A stretch of DNA of 64,000 bases from an uncultured Planctomycetota bacterium. Lineage in GTDB: Bacteria > Planctomycetota > Planctomycetia > Gemmatales > Gemmataceae. Below are positions 57,154 to 64,000 of the stretch, in pieces. The stretch's first letter is position 1. Every line of letters starts with the position of its first letter. The notes under the pieces are model-generated. The model was not told the origin of the DNA. It saw nothing but the letters and a program-made list of their open reading frames with translations, and searched no databases. The DNA lies in contig CAWKHF010000005.1 in assembly GCA_963849325.1 (NCBI GenBank), positions 800,001-864,000 on the forward strand, written 5' to 3'. The position numbers and the translations under genes are program-made.

Positions 57154-60054
57154 CTAGCCTCCTGGATGTCTGGCGTGCGGCGGTGTCGGCGTGGGCGTTG
57201 GCGTTGGCGTTGGCGTTGGGGTCGGTGTCGGAGTAGGTGTCGGCGTCGGAGTAGGTGTCGGCGTCGGAGTAGGTGTCGGCGTCGGAGTAGGTGTCGGTGT
57301 CGGCGTCGGTGTCGGTGTCGGTGTCGGCGTTGGAGAGCCTGGATGTCTCCCGTGTGGAGGCGTCGGTGTTGGTGCCGGCGTGGGCGTTGGAGTGGGCGTC
57401 GGTGTCGGAGTCGGTGTTGGGGTGGGCGTCGGAGTCGGTGTCGGGGTGGGCGTCGGTGTTGGTGTGGGCGTCGGAGTCGGTGTCGGGGTGGGCGTCGGTG
57501 TCGGAGTGGGGGTTGGGGTCGGCGTAGGAGTGGGTGTCGGCGTGGGTGTCGGGGTCGGAGTAGGCGTCGGCGTCCCGGTCACGGACACGTCATCGAAGAC
57601 GAACCCCTCCTGCAAGCCGGAAGGGCCATCAAAGTGGAAGGAGTCCTTATCGAACTGTTGGAACTTGATCTGCACGTCGTTGCCCAGCGTCAGGCCGTTG
57701 CTGGCGGCGAAGGCGCTCAGGTTGATGCTATGCGACTGGTAGGAGCTGCTGGTATTGGCGCCGGACAAGCTGATTAACGGAAACCAGGTGGTGCCGCCAT
57801 CGACGCTCAGCGACACGCCGTCGCCGTCAACGTGGCCTGTGAAGGGGTTGGCCGGCAGCGGGGTCGTCGAATCGGGCGGGATAGTCTTCGAGCCTGCAAA
57901 GGTGGCAAGGTTCTTTTCGTTGAACGACAGCGCCAGGTTGGTGTCGCCGGTGGCGTTGACGTGCAGGATGGCCTCGTTCAGCACCGGCTCGGTAAAGGCG
58001 TTCGATGCCCCGTCCATGGTCAGGTCGAACGTATCGCCGATGGGGGGATTGTTCGCCGTGGTCACTCGCGTTCGGCCGGCGCCGGCGTTGTAAACTTGCC
58101 AGTCCTGGCCGAGGGCGCCAGAGGCGAAATTGTCGGTGAAGTTCGGTGTCGCGGGGATAGGAGTCGTGGGAAAGACGGCCCGATAAGCGTCGATCAGACC
58201 GTGGCCAACGATGTTGGGATTGCCCGGCGTGACGTTGAAGTTGTCCGCGCCCGAGTTGATGCTGACGTTGGGGTCGGCGGTGCTTTCCAGGCGAGCGTCG
58301 ATCTGTGCCGGTGTGAACATCGGGTTGGCCTCCTTGACCAGTGCGGCCACGGCGGCGGCGTGCGGCGTCGCGGCGGACGTGCCGAAGAAGGTCGGGAAGC
58401 CGTTTGGCTCGAACTGAGTCGTCCCGAAGAAGGTGGTGCTGACGCCGTCGATCGCCATGATGTCCGGTTTGTTGACGACCTGCGGCATCGCCAGGGGCGT
58501 GCCGTTGGCGGCGAACAGAAACGTGGCCGGACCCAGGGAGGTATAATTTTCCGGAGTGTGCTGATCGAAGAACGGCGCCGCCGCCACCGCCATGGCGTTG
58601 GGGTCCGCCGCATGGGGAATTAGGGTCGGACTGTTGGTGGCGAAGTCGTCGAAGGTGATGTTGCCGAAATCGTTGGCGCCGTAATTGACGTACTTGAGCG
58701 TGCTGGGGGTCGGCCCGCCGTTGGCATTCTGGATCACCACGTCGTAGGTATGCGTGGCGCCCGTGCTGTTCGTAAACCCGAGGACTTGCAGCGGTTCCTG
58801 CGTGCTGACGGCATTGGTCGTGCTGGAGGCGACAACCGCTCCCGTGCTGTCGTCGAGGACATAGAAGTTCAGGTCCGTCGTCACTCCGTTGGCGGTGTAG
58901 AACGGCTGGGCCCACTGCAGGTCGAGAGTCGCTCCCTGGCCGGCGGTGAGCGTGATCTGCTGTTTGTCGGTGGCCGTCCCGCCGGGGTTGAAGTTGTAAT
59001 AACTGCTCGAACTGCTGGAAATGGTGGGGATGGTGTCGGTCATGAAGGAGACATTCGTCGATTCGTAGGCCTGGCTGCCGAGGTTGCCGGCGAGGGAGAA
59101 GTAGGTCACGCCCTGGCTGGTCACCGTGTCGATGGCCTGGCCGATGGGGCCTTCCTGGAAGTAGGGTTCGTCGAAGTAGAAGGCGTCGTCGGCGAGGATG
59201 TTGGCGCCGAAGGTATTGGCCAGCGCTTTGATGTTCTGGGCGAAGGCGAGGTCGCCGCCCGCGGCGGTGGCGAAGCCCAGGGTGGCGCCGGGCGCGACGT
59301 CGTGGACGATCTGCAGCATGGCGCGGCCTTCGTCGGTGCCGCCGGTGAACGGGTCATCTTGCAGGACCGTCACCCCGCTGGCGGGCAGGTCGCCACTGGC
59401 GATGTCGGCGGAGGCGCCACCCTTGGCGTTGTAACTATCGCTGAGGATGCCGACCTTGACGCCGCTGCCGTCGTAGCCGGGCGTGCCGGCGTTGACGCGG
59501 TCGGACTCCAGTACGTTGGCGCCCTCGCTGGTCACCTTGCCGACGGCGGTCATCGGTTTGTAACTGGGCAGTACGCCCATCAACCCCTCGGGCGCCAACT
59601 GCGACGTTTGCAAGATCGACAGGACCGGCAGGTAGCCCTGGATCAGATGATCGCTGGCGTCAGCGACGCGGTCAACTGGAAGCCGAGCGATTGCAGGCCG
59701 GACAGGAGCTGGTTGACGTTGGTGGCCGTGATGTTGACGGCGACGCGGCCCTGGCTGTCGTACAGGAGCAGGTTACTGGTCCCCGCCGGATTGGCCGACT
59801 GGCTGTTGCTCGACAGCCCCACCCCGCCGGCCTGCTGATACAGGCTCAGGAGAGTCGGATCGATGTGGCTGATGGCCGGCGTCGTCGTAGTGGCGGCTGG
59901 CAGGCCGATGGGATCGGTGGACGGTACTACTCGCGCTTCCAGGATTTCCAGATACAAGCTGGCGTTGCCATTGGTCGCGGACAACCCGGCCACGGCGACC
60001 CATCGAGGCCCGCGATTGTCGTTTCAACCAGCTCCGGAATGGCGAGAAGAACAT
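57154..60054 (-). CDS. Paralogous secreted S8/S53-like protease with Pro-Thr tail, no Ig repeats (indels near 59960 and 59650)
   Basis: [35 protein letters not shown]; (PT)n-PHGRHPGS-(PT)n-PHARHPGG*. Confidence 0.88.
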
Positions 60055-60163
60055 GGTGCGATTTCTCGGTAGAGGGAAGGTCCAAGGTATCCTCAATCGG
60101 TGCGGCTACGCCGCCGAGCCGATTGAGCCGAATGCGCTTCTTTTCGATCTTTTATGTGTTTTG

Positions 60164-60192
60164 GTTCTAAGGGACGGAAAAGGAGGTGTCAA
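60164..60192 (-). promoter_or_regulatory. Sigma70-like promoter of protease 2
   Basis: TTGACA-17-TAGAAC. Confidence 0.55.
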
Positions 60193-60525
60193 GCAAAAAA
60201 TGGGCAAAAGAGGCAATGGCTGAGCTTAAGTCAAGCGATGGTCGCTCTTCGAGGGCGTCCCGAAGGCGCTGGCCTTCGTTCTCCCGTTTCTTCGAGATGG
60301 ACCTTCGGTAAACTTCCGCATCGACGGACAACAAGGGTGATGCCGTCGAACGGCACCTGTCAGCAGCCGGCTCACGCGAGAGAGACATGGAAGTCCGAGA
60401 AACCCTCCGCGTGGCCGGTCTGCTGAAGCAAATGGTTCGGCTCGAAAACCCACGATATCCTCTTTTTCGTTCCGATGTCCCCTTTATTCGTTCCTGGGCA
60501 AGAGTATAGAGCGACTCATCGCGGT

Positions 60526-60792
60526 TCAACTGACGACGACGGTGCCGGCCATGCCGATGCCGCCCGGAGCACCATGCTGGCTGCAGTAATAGGGATAGGT
60601 TCCAGCAGTAGGGAACGTATGACTGTAAGTGAAAGGACTATCTTGAACACCCGAATCCCAACTGTTGTCATCCGCAGTGGTCGAGTGCCCAGAGCCCCTC
60701 CAAATCCACTGGACTGTATCTCCTGTGTTAATGTTCGCCTTTGGCGGAGTGAAGGCCATAGGATCATCAATATAGACCGTTGTGGTAGCCAT
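60526..60792 (-). CDS. Small cupredoxin (plastocyanin-like)
   Basis: AAGGAGG RBS; GDTVQW..GHS, YYCSQH..GMAGTV type-1 copper ligands; no signal peptide seen. Confidence 0.85.
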   Translation of the reverse strand: MATTTVYIDDPMAFTPPKANINTGDTVQWIWRGSGHSTTADDNSWDSGVQDSPFTYSHTFPTAGTYPYYCSQHGAPGGIGMAGTVVVS

Positions 60793-60865
60793 GAGAAAAA
60801 CCTCCTTTAAGCAAGACAGAGGGACAGATCGGTTCAACGAGATAGCGAGCGGTGCGGACATCAAG

Positions 60866-63066
60866 TCACTGCCGCGAGTCAACAGGAACCCTCGGACTGC
60901 CGCTGACCGAAGGAGTTGGCTGAAGCGAAGTCCCTGTGACAGACTCGCGCCGCGGCGAAAGGTGTGCTCGAACCAGTCCAAGCAAACGTCGAGCGTCCGT
61001 CTCCGGTTGTTCAGTCACGGATTGCCAGCGCACTTGCCCGTCCGGGTCGATCAGGAACAGGGCGTGCAACGGTCCTTCTTCGTAACAGCCGTAGCGTCGA
61101 AAGACCAACAGAGCCGGATCGGCGAGAAGGGGGAAGCCAATTCCAAGTCGCTCGCTTGCCTTTCGGACCTCGGCCTCATCGGGCCATTGAGGACTGATGG
61201 CCGCAATCTCTACGTCCAGAGTATGGAACGCGGGGGCTGCTTTTGCCAGGGCGGCGAGTTGCCGGGAGCAGTGTAGGCAGCCCATGCCACGGTGGAAGAC
61301 GAGGAGCAGATGATGTCCCTTGAAGGCTTCACAGCGGAAACGGCGGCCATCAGTCGCCTGCAAGGCCCATTCGGGGGCGGCCTGGAGTAGGTTAGGCAGG
61401 CCCCGGACATGCGCCTCGGGGTTTGTGGGTCTGGCAGCTCCTTTCGGCATGATCTGGATGACCTGCATCATCCCCTGGTCCTCATGGTCGAGATTGTGGC
61501 AGTGGAGAACCGTCTTCCCGGAGAAGTCCAAGAAGCGTGCTCGAATTTTGATTGATTGCTTATTTTGCAGCAGAATGGTATCGCGCCAGACCCATTCCAC
61601 AGTCCCATCCGGGAACGAAGCCTGAACCTGGAACGGATTGACGTGAATGTGAAAAGGGTGCGAGTCCAACTCCGAAGTGAGCGTCCATTCTTCAACCGCG
61701 CCGAGTTGAATCGTCTGATCGATCCGATTTTCATTGAAGGTTTTGCCGTCGACGAAAAACTTCCACAGACCCTCGTGCCGGAACGTCACGGTTCGCTTTC
61801 CGGTAATTGTTTTCTCATCAATATCTTTGAGCTGAGGGTGCTTCTTGTCGATCAGGTCAGTCACCCAAGCCGTCATCTTTGCGGGGTTCGGCATAGGCAT
61901 GTCGCCTTTCTCCCCTTCGACAACAACTTTGGCGAGCATGTGCGCTTGAACCGTGGCTCCCCGAAACGCCGTCTGGGCGTTTCCTACTTCGTTGTAAAGG
62001 CAATACGTGCCAGGTGTGAGACTTGCCTTCACCAGTACGTCGATCCGGTAAGCGGGTTCCAACTCGGCGCGCGTAAGCGTATGCATTTTCTTCAACGGGA
62101 TTCCGTCGAGGGCAATGGCTGTCAGCGTGTGGTCCTCCAAGTGGACGTGGATAGAGGTATTCAGCCCGGCATGAATCATCCGCCAACGCTGAATTTCTCC
62201 GGGACGCATCGTGATGACGGGCACCAGTTGGCCGTTGATAAGCGTCCTCGACGTTTTCGGCGGGGGGTTGGGAGGGAGATTGAATCCGGTGTAGATGTCC
62301 TGAGCGAAGATGACAGCCGGCCGAGAAGGGACCGGTCGATAAGCCATTTGTTGAAAGACCATGACGCGTCCTCGACACCGCGCAGGCCCTCGTAATCATC
62401 GAGCCCCCCTCGACGATCAAGGCGCCCGCCATCCCATTGGAGAGTTGAAGTGCCACGGAGCCATGCTTGTGCGCGTGATACCAAAAGGTTCCCGCGGGGT
62501 GATCGTCGCGGATGTCAAACGTGTAGGAGTATTCTTTTTTGACGAAAGGATCGATCTTCAAAAAGACGTTGTCGCTCGGCTCATTTGGCGTCACGTGCAG
62601 GCCATGAGTGTGGAGGTTCGTCGTGTTGAACCCATGCGGAACTTCGACGGCGTGGTCATTCTTTGGGTCGAGAAGAGGGTCGATGTCCGCCGAGGTCACA
62701 GGCAGGTTGTTCACCAGATGGACGAACAGCTTGTACCCGGGTCGAGTGCGGATCACCGGCCCGACCAAGGAACTGTTGTAGGAGTGGTGGCGGACTTGAT
62801 CCTTGCCGATCGTTGACACGGCCTCCTGGACGCTCAATTCGACCACCGTTCGTTTGTTCGCCGGAGAGTACGTCCTCGGTTCCACCCAGGTGGGATCTTC
62901 GTCCGTTACCGGGCAGGCGGTTTGGGCCAATCGTTTCGCCGGCACCTCGGCCTTTTTTGGCTCACTCTTTCTCGCATCCTTCTGATTCGCTGACCCAAGA
63001 AGTCGCGGCACCTCCCAGCGTCACTCCAAGCAGAAGGCTCAGGGATCCGATCGCTTTGCTCTTCAT
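60866..63066 (-). CDS. Multicopper oxidase fused to a C-terminal AhpC/TSA-like redoxin domain (indels near 63000 and 62370-62400)
   Basis: TNLHTHG, FWYHAH, HPFHIH, HCHNLDHEDQGMM; in-frame APEWAL..GCLHCSRQL..FPLLADP..FLIDPDG; signal peptide from ATG 63066. Confidence 0.85.
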
Positions 63067-63189
63067 ACGTATTCCTTTCAGAAGCCGGCCCGTATGATGC
63101 ACGTTCACCAATTCACCTTACGCCACGACTTGGCGTGGGAGTATTCGGTCTTGTCATGTGCCGTTTCCAACCCCTTCTCGAATGGCCCC

Positions 63190-64000
63190 TCACCGAGCAC
63201 GGGAACTCCCACTCTCATTGCGAACTAGCCCGCGAAACGGACGGAATCGCCAGACCGGCACCGCGAGCGGCCGCACGACCGCAAGAGGAGCGCTCGGCGC
63301 GGAAGCTGAGGTATCGTAGACATACCCAAGGGCGCGGTAGTCAAGAACATCAGCCGGTGTGACATTCGATGGAAACAGAGGCATGATGGAATGCAGGGAG
63401 ACTCCGGGGCGGCTCGGCTGTTCCTCGGCAGGCAAGTATGTATGCGAACCGGAAGCGTCTTGCCACTGAGCCCAAATTCGGTCAATATTGCTGTGATGGA
63501 GGAAGAACACGGGATCGTTCGGTGACGCTTGGCCCTGCATGGTCGCATTGTCCCCGCCTACCCAAACGTGGACCTGATTGTGCAGGCGAGGAAGCTGGGC
63601 ACCCCAACCTTCTAAATTGTTCCGGAAACTCTGGGCAATGTCCGAGGTCATGTCCCACGGACTGACATCGTAGGTGTCCAGCGCGAGGGCTCCCGCGACA
63701 TCTGGCTGCGTCGGCAAAGTCGGAGCTGCCTGAGACGAGCTGAACGCGCGTGACAGATAGTTCATACCGGTGTCGTCGTAGACAATGGGCCAATTGCCCT
63801 TATCGACTGCAAAGGGGCCGGTCATGACTTTGAGGTCGCTGGAACGACCATTGCCACCCATGAAATCATCGGCCCACAACGGTTCGCTCGCTCCCGCTGT
63901 GGGATCGGCCCAATCCCAGTACGGGATCGCCAGTGTAAGGTTGCCGCTGACGGCCTGGAGATCCAACTCCAACAATCGCACGTATTCTCGATGCCAGGGT
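63190..64000 (-). CDS. Tyrosinase family protein (5' end outside the window)
   Basis: PWHREY, IPYWDW, LHNQVHVWVGG, SPNDPVFFLHHSNIDRIW. Confidence 0.92.
   Translation of the reverse strand, partial: PWHREYVRLLELDLQAVSGNLTLAIPYWDWADPTAGASEPLWADDFMGGNGRSSDLKVMTGPFAVDKGNWPIVYDDTGMNYLSRAFSSSQAAPTLPTQPDVAGALALDTYDVSPWDMTSDIAQSFRNNLEGWGAQLPRLHNQVHVWVGGDNATMQGQASPNDPVFFLHHSNIDRIWAQWQDASGSHTYLPAEEQPSRPGVSLHSIMPLFPSNVTPADVLDYRALGYVYDTSASAPSAPLAVVRPLAVPVWRFRPFRGLVRNESGSSRAR

Overview
GC-rich bacterial DNA, most likely Planctomycetota and probably Gemmatales-like. The evidence is two DUF1559 prepilin-type genes, a Tat-signal DUF1501 gene, 'LExLExRxVPS' N-terminal motifs and palindromic REP-like repeats. 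Many genes, including core ones (dinG, clc), are broken by single-base indels, so the assembly is probably error-prone long-read data and most frameshifts should not be read as biology. The window has three parts. (1) 1-14.9 kb is core-like: hydrolase, FAD oxidoreductase, sppA, a DUF433/DUF5615 toxin-antitoxin pair, dinG, GH3-like, DUF1559, DUF1501, tRNA-Leu, pyrE and tRNA-Gln. (2) A ~30.3 kb element is integrated at the 3' end of tRNA-Gln(CTG), bounded by a 24-bp att repeat at 14916-14939 and 45144-45167. It carries a tyrosine integrase, HTH regulators, an HUH rolling-circle Rep-like gene, an inverted IS3 pair, an RNA-repair-like operon (Hen1, kinase, Thg1-like, HEAT proteins, two Pol-beta nucleotidyltransferases), a PcfJ-like gene, a MEDS sensor plus hybrid histidine kinase, DJ-1/PfpI and an AbiJ-NTD4/KAP NTPase defence-like pair. 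(3) 45.4-64 kb holds a ClC channel, DUF1559, holA, pdxA, two tandem secreted S8/S53-like proteases with long Pro-Thr tails, and a tyrosinase / multicopper oxidase-redoxin fusion / cupredoxin cluster. The strongest signal is an in-frame TGA in the MEDS gene. It falls at what I recall as a conserved Cys, is followed by a SECIS-like hairpin, and the frame continues to a TAATG overlap with the kinase, which suggests a selenocysteine-containing signalling sensor on a mobile element. All family assignments come from motif recognition; no database searches were run.
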